DNA from: Oculina patagonica
Taxonomy: Eukaryota
Direction of reading: 5' to 3'
Length of the DNA: 64,000 nucleotides
NCBI RefSeq assembly: GCF_052425735.1
Contig: NC_135762.1
Location: 22,878,001 to 22,942,000, forward strand
Shown: in pieces, positions 39,262 to 51,137 of the stretch
Position numbering within the stretch: position 1 is the first letter of the stretch
Layout: the number at the start of each line of letters is the position of its first letter
Translations under genes and position numbers: made by a program
The notes under the pieces: model-generated
The model's input: the letters and a program-made list of their open reading frames with translations, nothing else
Told to the model about the DNA's origin: nothing
Database searches by the model: none

Positions 39262-40092
39262 AAACATGCACTGCGTCGTGGTTCTTAAATTTAACTGGTC
39301 ACGTGGCTGAGTGGTAAAGTTACGCCAGACGTCTTGTATGCGAAACAAACTAACAAACTGACTACGCATGTCAGAATATTGTTAGAAGGCGCTAGGCGGA
39401 CAGAAAGTCATATGGAGCAATACACATAATCAGACGACGAAATCAGCTTAAGCAAAGAATCGATCTAATATAAGATTTTGAATAGTTATTATTTTATTTT
39501 CTTTTCGAATTTTAATAGCCGGCTTAGCAGGCGTGATGAGGTTTCAATTTCATCAGCCGATCACGCCAAATGTTTCTGTCAAAAACCAACTGTTATGATA
39601 GTCTAGAATTTGGACGGTAAAACAAAGAAGGAACTGTTTTTATATTACAGACAACTAGGTAAACCGTCTGATTCATCAGAATCCGATCTAATCAAAGATC
39701 TCTTCGAGATATCGACTTTTTTTGCATGAGGTTAGTATGAGTAGAAGGTTTATCCTGGGCATTGTTGTTCGAACATATCATGGAAGAATTCAAACGTCTT
39801 TCAGTTCAAGCATTTTTTATTTTCGCGGAGTAAATGCTGTATTTGTAAGTCGCGACGACTGGGTGCTTTGCGACTCATATACTTTGGCTTGGTTAAAAAA
39901 GGTAAACTTTGACGTTTGCCTTTAACATGTTTAATCGAAATAGTTGTTTCCTTTCGAGTTAGAAAGATTTCTACTCGGCCTAATGCAGAAAAATAACGCC
40001 TGATCGCAGTTTAGGTTACGCACGACAGAGTTACCTTTTGTCTCGTCACGCAATCTTAACCCCACATTGAGAAGTAAATTTTCGTTTGGATA

Positions 40093-40575
40093 CAGTCGAA
40101 GCTCTCTTAACGGACACTCTCGTAAGCGGACAGCTCTACTTACGGCCGCCTTGTTTGAAACCCCTTTTTACTCCCATACAAACTCTGTATCTTTACATTC
40201 TCCGAGATTACGACTTAGACTTTTTCTTTGTTTTTAAGCTCCCGTAAGCGGACACCGCAAAGAAAATCATATAAAAAACCTCTGTATCTTGTATTAATCA
40301 ATCAACTTCACATCGCCGTTCGTCACAATGATTTTACTGTAATTACAGTACCATATTTTAGTGTTTGTTTTGTCGTCATCCATGTCCGGTTACATTTCGA
40401 AACACCACTAACATGCATATTACCATTATGTTAGCTGGGCAAGCTCCCGTAAGCGGCCATCTATCCCCTACACCTCTAGTGGCCGCTTACAAGAACCATT
40501 CTCGTAAGCGGCCAGCTCCAGTTGCGGACACGTTTTTCGCGTCCCGAGGGTGTCCGCTTACGAGAGCTTCGACTG
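40093..40575. mobile_element. Tc1/mariner-pogo-like MITE
   Basis: TA|cagtcgaagctctc ... gagagcttcgactg|TA; internal cgtaagcgg repeats. Confidence 0.8.
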
Positions 40576-42086
40576 TATTACCAAAAGCCTCTTCTCCTCG
40601 CGTTATTCTTTACCTTACAGCTACACATGCCATTTCTAACGACTACATTTCCAGCAAAACAGTTGCTGTTATTTTTCTAATGGCGATCTTTTAACGTTTA
40701 CTGCTTCCACCGGAAGTAATTTCACAACAGGCTACAAAAACACTTATAAATATCACTTAACACATTTAATGATGTTGCAATTAGCGAAGCGCACTAATGA
40801 CGTTACAGAATTTGACCCCCGGTGTGAGTCAAAATTCAAACAAACAAACCGCTCTCTGTAAGAGCAATGTATGGTTGGCGGGCACTTTGGAGGCATATTT
40901 AGCGATTGTTTCACAAAACCATGGCCAGATTGGCTCGGATTTCGAGAGAAAGCCTTACCTGTGCAACGTAGAAAGCTCAAACCGTGGTTTGAAACAAAAG
41001 GTTTGTCAAACAGAGCGATTATTCAATAAATGTGTAAAATGTTTTACTCTCAGTTATTGAATGGATTATAAAGGCCCGATTTGCTGCCGGGATTTGCTGA
41101 AGGAAAACATTTATTTTTATGAGAAATGCAAAACGTTTACACTGTTCTTAGTGGCACATTTTCCAACACAACAGAGCTAACCTCAGATTTATGCCACCAC
41201 AAAATTACACAAAGAAACGCTCGTCCGATCGGTCCCCTTGCCTGACCCGAATATTTTAAGAGGTCAATTTCGTTACACAATTGTCGCGGCAAATACTATT
41301 TAATATACACTGATCGAGCTCGGCAGCTGTAGCTGCAGTCTGTAATAGTAATGGGGATAAATAACAGCTTTATTAAAATCAAACCCGCCGTCAATTCCAT
41401 TAAAAAGGCGTTTGAATAGCATAATATTTTCGCCCTCTATCTATCATGTGTCGAAACAGATCGGATGACCGGCGATCAGTGCCGTCAAATTCGGGAAGAA
41501 TTCTGAATTTCTTGCAACCGACGATCTTTCCGGTGCCTAAATGAAGCAATCCTTCGCAATTATATAATTCGATAGTAATTCGCTATCCGCCGCTTAAATT
41601 TCTCGGCAGCCTGAATAATTTTGCAGTGGGAATCAAGGTGTTATTGCCGGATCTTCGACTAATAAATTCAATTTTGGGCCATTTTTTGGATACCTTCAAT
41701 CTGTTTTCACTTACTAAAGCAAAAATGTTTGGAATCTATCATTTTTCGAGCCTTTCGAGAATCTCGGCGTCACATTGTGCCTTTCTCGCCCCTTTTTTCT
41801 TGTCAAGAATGCGTCCCCTCCATACAAAGCCTTTGCCCAAACTAAAATTGTTGTCCGACTCACGCGGGGGGGGGGGGGGGGGGTATCATGTGGCGAAATC
41901 TATTTTTAGTAATAGTGCGCTTCGCTAGATGATGTTGCAATTCTAAATTGTGCAACTCAGCAGAAATAATCAATTGTCACGAAATGAGTTCCCTTTGGTT
42001 AACTATTAGCAACGTTTTAGTGCGTGAAAGACTTGTACGAGTACAAATTTGCGTTGTTAATCGTTTTAGGTTTTAAAACTAATATT

Positions 42087-42887
42087 AGGCAGTTTAAGAT
42101 ACGCTACGGCGAGGCGCTACTACGGCTGCCGGAAGTAATTTTCTCCAAATATAAGATACTGCGCATGTCAGTCAGTCACGTCCAGCCGTAGAGTGAAATC
42201 TGACTACGCGAGTCGGGAGGTTTTGCCGTAGTGGTAGTACGTCGGATTTTATTCGCTTCTCTGTCCTTTTTCGACGAGTTTCTCAGCATTTTAAGAGTTC
42301 CAACGAATACTGTATCCTTTGAATTTAATTGTAGTCGAACAATTGTCGCGTTTGTCGCTCATAAGCTTAAAATGTCTTATTTTGAATTTGACGAATTCGT
42401 TCGGTGCAAGTGTCGGTATGGACAAGAAAAGTACTCGTGTTGAGCGTGCGATTTTTTTGCCTTCACAGTTTAGTGGAGATGTACTATAGCTGTATAAGTA
42501 TCCGCTACCATTTTGCTTCGGTGAGTACTGGTATATTTCAGTTCATAACTCGGTGTTCTTTGCGATATTCGTATTTTTAAAATTTTACATTTCATCGATT
42601 TTAATTGTTGTTGTGTTGTTGTGTATTGCTGCTGTAGAAAGAATCTCTCGCTCAGAACAATTCTGTTAGTCCTAGCAAAGCAAACAACAACTATATATTT
42701 TTTGAGCGAAGCCATTCGGCTGTGGAAAACTAAATAAAAGAGATTTTCAACTCCTTTGCCTATGTTTCTTTGTATTTCGCCTTGCTTTTACACTAAATTT
42801 GGCGGACTGCCGAGACGTACTCTCCCCAGACCTTTTCGGTTACGGTAGCCGTAGTAGCACCTCGCCGTAGCGTATCTTAAACTGCCT
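42087..42887. mobile_element. PIF/Harbinger-like MITE
   Basis: TIRs of ~45 bp (aggcagtttaagatacgctacggcgagg / cctcgccgtagcgtatcttaaactgcct); 3-bp TSD ATT. Confidence 0.75.
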
Positions 42888-43209
42888 ATTAGCGCCTAAA
42901 GACTTGTACTAGTAAAAATTGCGTTCTTAATCGTTTTAAACTTCACTGCCTTCGAGCGCTGAACCGCTTACATTCTTAATTGGTTATGTGACCTAAGATT
43001 TGGGCTACTCACGTTTTTGATTCTTATATAATGTTTGTAAATTTGACAAGTCACGTTTTTTTCTACAAGAACGGAAGTGCTGAAGCACAACTATAGAGTG
43101 ACACTTACAAGTCACGCGCTTTGATCACCCACAGCGGAAAGTATTCCCTCGAGAGTTAACAAGAATGCGATCCCTTCCGGTTCAGATTTGAGTCCACTAA
43201 ACGCTATTC

Positions 43210-46142
43210 GATCATGACTAATACACCACACGAGTACTACGAGTAACATACGGGTAACATACGAGTAACACACGGAACATACGGGTACATACAGGTAACA
43301 TACGAGTAACATACGGATACATACGAGTAACATACGGATACATACGAGTAACATACGGATAAATACGGGTGCATACCAGTTCCTATTTCATTTAACGTTA
43401 TTTTATCTTATTTTTCATTTTTATTTTATGCTCCCCCACCCCCCTTCCGCTTAACAAGGTTGCGCGACGAGCCCAAAGGACAAAACGTGTTGCTGGATTT
43501 CACTGTCACGCAACGAAAAAGTGTGACACATACTAGTAAAAAAGTCAAGAATTTGAAATGTTATAAGATCAATAGCTCGTCTTCTTAAATTCACTTACAT
43601 ACGATCTTACCCGTAACATACCAGTAACATAAGGACACAAACGGGTGCATACCAGTTCCTACTTCATTTCACTTTATTTTATTTTATTTTATTTTTTAAT
43701 TTTATTTTATGCAACACAAGTAAACCAAACAAAACATACGGTTACTTACGGTTACATACAGGTAGCATACAAGTGAAAAAACAATAATCGAAAAATCAAA
43801 TATTGGTCATGATGTTACCCGTTTCTCCATCGCTCTCCCCTCCAAAAAAAAGATTGCGTGACGAGCCCAAAGGACAAAGAGCATTGCTGGTTTTCACTGT
43901 CACGCCATGATAAAGTAAAAAAGATCAATATTTCAGGGAGCCGTGTTTGGCCTGTCACTTTTTATATTTTCACTTAAGTCGGCTTGGCTGGTAGATACGT
44001 ATTGCTTTGACGTCTGGCACTCGTATGTAAGTGAATTCAAACAAGATGAACTATTGATCTTATAACATTTCAAATTCTTGACTTTTTTACTAGTATGTGT
44101 CATAATTTTTCGTTGCGTGACAGTGAAATCCAGCAACACGTTTTGTCCTTTGGACACGGACACTGCCTATATAAGGAACCTTGGACTGGGCGAGCCGTCA
44201 GTCATTTCACTCTAGACACCGACCCGTCAACATCAACCCAAAAGCAATGTGCTGTTTTAGGTGGTAGTGTCGCAAGTTACCGAGCGTAGAACGCCTGAAT
44301 CTTGGGAGAGATATATATTTCTTTCAATTTTTTTTTTATATACTTAGTTCTATCCTTTTAGTTCTCAGTTCAAATGTTCACCTCGGTTTGCGCGGCACAA
44401 CAACGTGAAATTATGTCTGGGCGCTTTGAAAATTAGAAACGGTTGCTTCAATATAATTGTATATGTGGGCTGCTTTTCCCTTGTCGATTGAGTAAGCGAA
44501 AACAAACTCATTTCCCTTTGAAAATTCCAACACTCGTTTGAGGTCTATAATCGTTTGAATTCAAATAAACGGCACGAAGTAAGCCCAGAACCCAGAAAGG
44601 TCAAGAAAGCAATTTGATTCCCCTTGATTCATTCTGTTTCTGCAGGAATCTATAAACACCTTTGAACCTCAAATATTTTGAGGTAGCAAATAAATCCGAA
44701 CTTCAAAGTTGTAGCGAATCTTTTTACTATATAATACTCCTATATATACTCAGGAGCAAGCAAAACTATACTGGGATAAATCAATAATATTTAGAAAGAC
44801 CTTAGTTGTAAACTGTGATGCGATATGCGACAAAAATCTTCACCAGACACAATGCAGATAATTTCATTGAACACTTTCAGTATGAAATCGAAATGGTTTG
44901 TATTACTGTACCTCGATCATGTATCTAAAAATCCACCTCAGTGAAACACCCTGGTGTAATTCAGGCTATAGGCAGTCGATACAAAGATTTTCCCCCTGGG
45001 TCGATACAGCATATCCGCCGATACAGCTTGGGTCGATACAGCAAACGTCAGTCGCAGAGCGCACATTCAACGCATAAACGTTCCACTACAAATGCATTCA
45101 TTGCTTTTATTAGGTGCTGTACAGCGTACAGCGTCCTTAGACCAAACAAATAATGCACGAAAGGTTTTCCTTAAAGACCTGAGACCAATATTACGGTGAA
45201 TCTCTCCATCGGCCAAAACGCAACCGGTCCAAAGTCAAATGATATCCTACATAAGCTTCGCATGGCGTTCAAGTATCGATCCGAGTGCTTTCAGAAGAAG
45301 GCATCTTTTGGCTTTTTCTCTGATGAATCGGCCAAAAAAATATCAAGAAGTAAAGCCGAATTGACAATAAACTTAAATATTAAAATCAACGAATTAGCGA
45401 AGAAGGCAGGGTGGTTCGATCCAAGACAGAAGTTGCTTTTCTAAAATGGCGCAACGCCCGCCATGAAGCAAACAGTCATCTTCTCAAAGGATTTTATTTG
45501 TTTGTTAACCATTAAACCACGACTTGAGCATGCTTTAATAAGAAAGACCACAAGCCATTCATTTTGAGGGCTCAAAAAGGCCCATCTCAGCTGAGAGGAG
45601 TCTGTGTGCCATTTTGAGCATCTTGCCATTGGGGGAACCGTTACGGGCGCGAAATTCAAATTTTGTAAGGCAAAATTTTAGATTTTAGCTACAAAAGAGG
45701 TATTACTGGTGTTTTTTGGTTTCATTTTATGAAAGTGAGTATTTTAAAGTAAAATTAAAGATCAGAAGGTAGGATTTGACTTTATTTTCGGTCAAGGAAT
45801 TTTCCCCTTCTTGCTCGCATAGTCCGCCATATTTGATTATGCCGTTGAAACAAGGATTTCGTGACAAAGAGGGGGAGGAGCTATCCCTTTTATAGGCAGT
45901 GTCCTTGTTTAAGCGGAAGGGAGGTGGGTGAGCATAAAATAAAAATGAAAAATAAGATAAAATAACGTTAAATGAAATAGGAACTGGTATGCACCCGTAT
46001 GTATCCGTATGTTACTCGTATGTATCCGTATGTTACTCGTATGTTATCTGTATGTACCCGTATGTACCCGTATGTTCCGTGTGTTACTCGTATGTTACCC
46101 GTATGTTACTCGTAGTACTCGTGTGGTGTATTAGTCATGATC
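43210..46142. mobile_element. Non-autonomous Mutator/MULE-like foldback element
   Basis: TIRs of ~245 bp beginning gatcatgactaatacaccacacgag with tandem gtaacatacg subrepeats; perfect 9-bp TSD acgctattc (43201-43209 and 46143-46151); no transposase ORF. Confidence 0.85.
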
Positions 46143-47989
46143 ACGCTATTCTCCTACTTTTTTACTTGTAAACAAGCAAAAAAAGTCGAAAAAACGCAAG
46201 AGGTTTGGCATCACAACTGTACAAAGGCAGAGGATTATTTTTTTCTGAGGTACCACCCCTAGAAAATAAACTTTATTGGCCTGAAATTTGGGTGAACTTT
46301 GAGGCCTGTGACAGAGGTGTCCTAACAGAGTGTAGGTAGATGTTTGTATGGTTAAGTCCCGTTCGTGGGAACAGAGAATTTTCGTATAATGGTACAAGTC
46401 TTGTAATAATCTCTAAACGAAACCAATGCTCTAGAAACTCACATTACCACGCATTATCTCTTTGAGATGCTGAGGTATCCTTTTATCCATAGTGCCACAT
46501 TTCATTAAATGGTAATTAAGTGGATTTAGTTTTTTTTGCGGAAACTTTAAAAGTATAAACTGCCTGCGGTTGGAGCTGGACTGTCGGTCAGGTCAAATAT
46601 GGGGTGTTATTCAGTTTCAGGGTGTTATTTCGCAAATACGAATGTTTGAAAATGTAACGGTAACGTATATCGCAACTGTGATATCTGTGATAATTGTATA
46701 TTTCTAAAACGACTGCTCAGTTTCATAACCGCAGTGTATACTTGATTTGACATCAATATATCGGTAATGAACAAATTAGCTTTAAAATATTAAAATCGTG
46801 AGTTAGCTTGAGTTGCCAAGTCAGAGTCGGGAAAAAACCCCAGACATTTTTCGACAGTATCTTTTTTGTCGCCTTCTTTCTCCCAAGCCCTTTTCCAGGC
46901 CCTATGACAAACATATTTCGTATTTTTACCCAGCTGCCCTTAAGTTTAATGTAAAATATATTATTGGAATATTTCTGTTGTCCTGTCCAAGTCCATTTAA
47001 GGCAAGTTAAGTTTCAGGTTTAAGATTTAAGGCTTTATCCGGTGGCGGTAAGTCAGTTTTGTTAACGTTACTGAGAGCAGCAGAAATTTACCTCGCCTAC
47101 ACATTTTTTGGGGTAGCAGATTTTAACACCCACCCCGGAGATATCCTAAGCGTGTTTCAGCGCGCAATTTACTGTAATAAATTAAGAAACGCGATAAAAT
47201 TACCGGAAACGTTTCTGTAGACAAGTTAAGATAGACGTGAGCCGCTTTTTCATTAGGTACTTGTGCTATGAGCAACCGACTGTCGAAAAAGGCACTAATT
47301 ATTCTTTTTTCCTACGTTGCACTGACGGCTTTAAAAATCAGGTTCAGCTTGTATATGTTCAGTTTGTATATGTTTGTACTATTAGGGAACATCAGAGGGG
47401 CTAACGCTAAGCATTACATATTAAAAACATAACTAAGTTGAATGAAAGAGGAAGAAAAAAAATTCATCTTGCACACCGAACTTGAAAATGATGCATGCAG
47501 TCATCGAGACGTCATTCGTATCGTCAATTTTTATTCCATTTTTTCCGACACCTTATGCCTTTAGAAGGATACGAAATTGCAATAAAAATTAAGCTGAACA
47601 AAACAAGCATTTCTTTACTTCTTGACTTCATTTTCGGCTCTTCTCATATTTTCATTTTTAGAGTGATTGACGCGTTTTATATTCATATTAGTGGCTTAAC
47701 CTTGATTCATTTTATTCTCAACTTTTAATAGGAATCATGTCACTACTTTTTTAACCATTTTTCTGCTGTACAAAATACATTTATTTTGAAGTAAAATCCT
47801 TCATAAACCTAAAATAAAGAAGAATAGGTATATTTACAATATGAGAACGGTAAAGAAAATTGGCCAAGTTCCAACATGCGCCGTTCAGTTAACATTCGCC
47901 TTTGTAAACAAAGAAAACAAGATATGCTGACGTCATCACTGAGTTGCGTCGATCCTGATGTCACGACCCTCTAAAGTGAGTTTGCTTTT

Positions 47990-49095
47990 TTCGACGGTTT
48001 TGCTTGTTTACAAGCTAAAAACGTAGAATAGGGATTAGTGGACAAAATTTGGAACCACATATTTGTAAACTCTCAAGGGACTTTTTTTAATTTCTCAAGG
48101 GACTGTTTTAATTTCTCAAGGGATTACTTTCCGCTGTGGGTGATCACTTGCGATCTCGTGAAAAAAACGTGACTTGTCACATTTACAAACGTTATATAAC
48201 AATTTTAAAAGTGACATGTCAGCTTTCTTATCTCAACGCACGTGTGTCTGAAAGGCGATCTATAAAAAGCGTCGCACAAACAATGGATTGCGTAACTAAA
48301 ACACGAATAAATAATCACTAGCACTTACATCGTTTAAAAATTACAAACGTCAAATATAAACCATACCAAAAAACTCGCTCTTTTCAAAGATATTATTGAA
48401 GTTAAAACAAATGCGAGATGGGGGCTTCTTTTAGCTTAGGAGCGGTTAAAAATTAGGCCAAATTTGGTCGCTACATGCAAGCGCAACTCTATTTCGTCAT
48501 CAGCCTAGGTCGTTAGGGACGTGACCTCGCGTTGACAGGGAATGACAGCAATGTTGCATGAATCGGCTTTACAACATGCGATCGTATCTACGCAGTTCGA
48601 GTGGAATTTCAGTCAAAGACAGCAAAATTTTTTCTTATTTCATCTTCAAATATAATTCGAAAGCATTCACTGTATATATGGCTTTTGTTTAATCCTGGGT
48701 CTTGATATCCGACCCTCGCAGAGCCTAGACAAAACGCAGCTCGAGTGTAACGATTTGTTTACGCTGCAATTATATTTTGCTGTTTCATTTGCTAATTTCG
48801 CTGCCGTAATCGACTGCCTCGAAAGGTCCTTGCAATTTTAAAGTATAGAAATGTCAGATCTTGGTGAAATTTGCACTGTTTATTTGTGTAATGTTAAGGA
48901 ATATGTGTATAAATACCCGGCGCGGACGAGCCATTTTTGACAAAATTATATGGCTGCATTTCCTCCGCGAAGATAGGAAATTGTTAAACTAAACTACAAA
49001 GAAACTGTAATGATAAGTTCGAAGAACAATGCACAGGATAAACCTTCGACTCGTACTTCATGCAAAAACGTCGATATCTCGAAGAGACTTTGATT
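47990..49095. mobile_element. Asymmetric-ended non-coding element, copy B (opposite orientation to copy A)
   Basis: Absent from unit 3 (~57547-57565). Ends ttttttcgacggttttgcttgtttacaag... and ...gtcgatatctcgaagagactttgatta are reverse complements of the copy A ends; internal 48120-48210 matches 43000-43155 reverse-complemented. Confidence 0.75.
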
Positions 49096-51137
49096 ATAGT
49101 TGCCATTTGTTTCGCAACACCGGACATGAACTATTGATTACGTGACTCCAGGAAAAATATTTTGAGAGCTTATCGCTCAAATGCTGTTCCTGGAACTATT
49201 TCCTTGACGCGTTCGCGAGCCCGGACGATCATCGGATACTCAGCAAAGCTGTACTAAAAAAGCGGGTATTGCATCCTACCAAATACTAAAGTAGAATTTG
49301 TAAGGATCAGTAAGAAATTTGGGTTTGAGCTGTAAAATTATGCGCTTTTTGTCACAACGGAAAACTCGTTTGTGAAACTTCTGCGCTTCTGCGAAACAGT
49401 ATAAATCCCAGTATATAACAGACAAATTTTTTTTGGCCAGAAATCAAGCTCAAGTAAGGTACTTTCTCTTAACCAAATTAGTCTAAATAAGACAAGAAAA
49501 CATTGCTTCTATATTTTCTGACAGTTATTTTCTAAAAAGTTATTTTTGTACAAAAAATGCTAAAAATATCGCACTTTTGTTAAGGGTAGAATAAGACAAG
49601 AAAGCTTTGCTTCTATATTTTCTGCCAGTTAGTCCCTAAAAAAGTTCTTTGTGTACAAAAATGCTAACAAATATCGTACTTTTTTCTAGTGTAGAAAATG
49701 AGATTTTAACCGTCATTTGTAAACCATTTATCTACAAGCTTAGCTCAAAATATAACTCAAAATATAACTTTTTCTCACTGACTACCATAGTTTCTTTCAA
49801 TATCGGCTGTGAGAATTTAGTGGCACATCATTACCGATGTTGTATGGAGAAATTAGAAATTGGTCATGCATTCTTGGGACAGGAAGTCTTTACGTGTCCT
49901 AGAGAGCAACTCTTAACTGAAGTGTTTCTCAATAAAAAGAAAGAAAGAAAAACTTCCGGCCACGAAAATTTCGACAAGTACGTGCCGAGGTAATAACAAA
50001 TTTTCTTGAAATGCCACTTGTGACGTCATTGGTGGAGTTCATGGCATAAGATGATAGTTTATCAATTAAAAGAGAGAAAGGAAATCGTCCGGTCGCGTAA
50101 ATTGTGACGTCATTGGTGGAGTTCATGGCATATATATATATATCGAACATGTTGTGACAATGGAAGACGTAAACGTCTTCCTTTTGTACGTATCGGTGGC
50201 ATCCCCCTATTGTGTAGACCCTTGGTTGATTTAAATGACAGGGTGGGGGAGAGAGACGAGTGCTCGGAGGAGGGTGGGGAGGGTGGGGGGAAGGGATGGT
50301 GTACCTAGAATGCTGTGAGCAAGTTTGATTTTCCCAAGGTTGGAGTGGCGCAGTTTTACCCAGAGTAGTCCTTTCCTTAAATTTCCATTCTGGAAACTTA
50401 CTATATAAACTACCGTACGCCAGAAAACATAATGATGTTTCTTTTTATTAAGAACCAGAAATGCTGGATACCACGCAATGGTTGCACTTATAAAAACAAG
50501 CCTGGTGCTAGTGATCTATACAATGTGCTGTAATGTTCTGATAACAAATGTGGGAAATTTAAGATGTTACGCTTTGTTAACGTTTTCCTGCGAAAAAGAC
50601 AGTTAAATTGATCCATATCAAATAGTAAGAACCGCACAAATCTAAACGACAAACGACATTTGTATCTCTAACTATTTTATAATTATTAAATTTCACATAA
50701 TAATGAATGGCTATGCAAACCTAATACAATCTATCAATCCAGGTTAAATGTATTTGCTGAAGCAACGCAAGAATATGCTTGATCACGAAAACTGCTGTCA
50801 AGTATTTACACAGTTTCATATTAGTTAGTCTATTAGTTATCAAATAGTTACAACCACACAAATCTAAACGACAAACGATACTTTTATCTCTTACACGATG
50901 ATAATTAAGGAAGTGTAACTAGTTTCCTTTCGTCAACTTTCTTATTATTAAATTTTACATATAATAATTATGAATGGCTTTGCAAAACTCATACAACCTA
51001 TCAATTCAGGTTAAATGTAAATGCTGACGCAACGCAAGAATATGCTTGATCACGAAAACTGCTGTCATGTATTTAAATTTACACAGTTTCATTTCGAAAC
51101 AATAGTTAGTCTGCCTGTAAGCTGTTTAAAGCCACTT

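Larger units (their letters stand above)
39692..46189. mobile_element. Asymmetric-ended non-coding element, copy A (hosts three nested transposons)
   Basis: Absent from unit 1 (~20521-20540) and unit 3 (~55921-55940). Ends taatcaaagatctcttcgagatatcgac... and ...cttgtaaacaagcaaaaaaagtcgaaaaaa; no TIR and no clear TSD. Confidence 0.75.
30715..50132. repeat. Segmental duplication unit 2 (TIMP pseudogene; expanded by nested insertions)
   Basis: Same start motif at 30715; collinear with units 1 and 3 once insertions are removed; ends in a copy of the plus-strand TIMP promoter (cf. ~58500-59550). Confidence 0.9.

Noticed and set aside
43215-43375. Short periodic repeats (gtaacatacg) and the matching MLLVCIR/YVSVCYS ORFs; CRISPR-like or repeat-protein appearance
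   Set aside because: No unique spacers; mirrored at 45985-46140 as TIR subrepeats of a transposon with a 9-bp TSD.
39692-49095. One 9.4-kb TIR transposon
   Set aside because: Collinear host unit sequence (46190-47989) lies in between, and each part has its own second end and empty site, so these are two separate inverted insertions.
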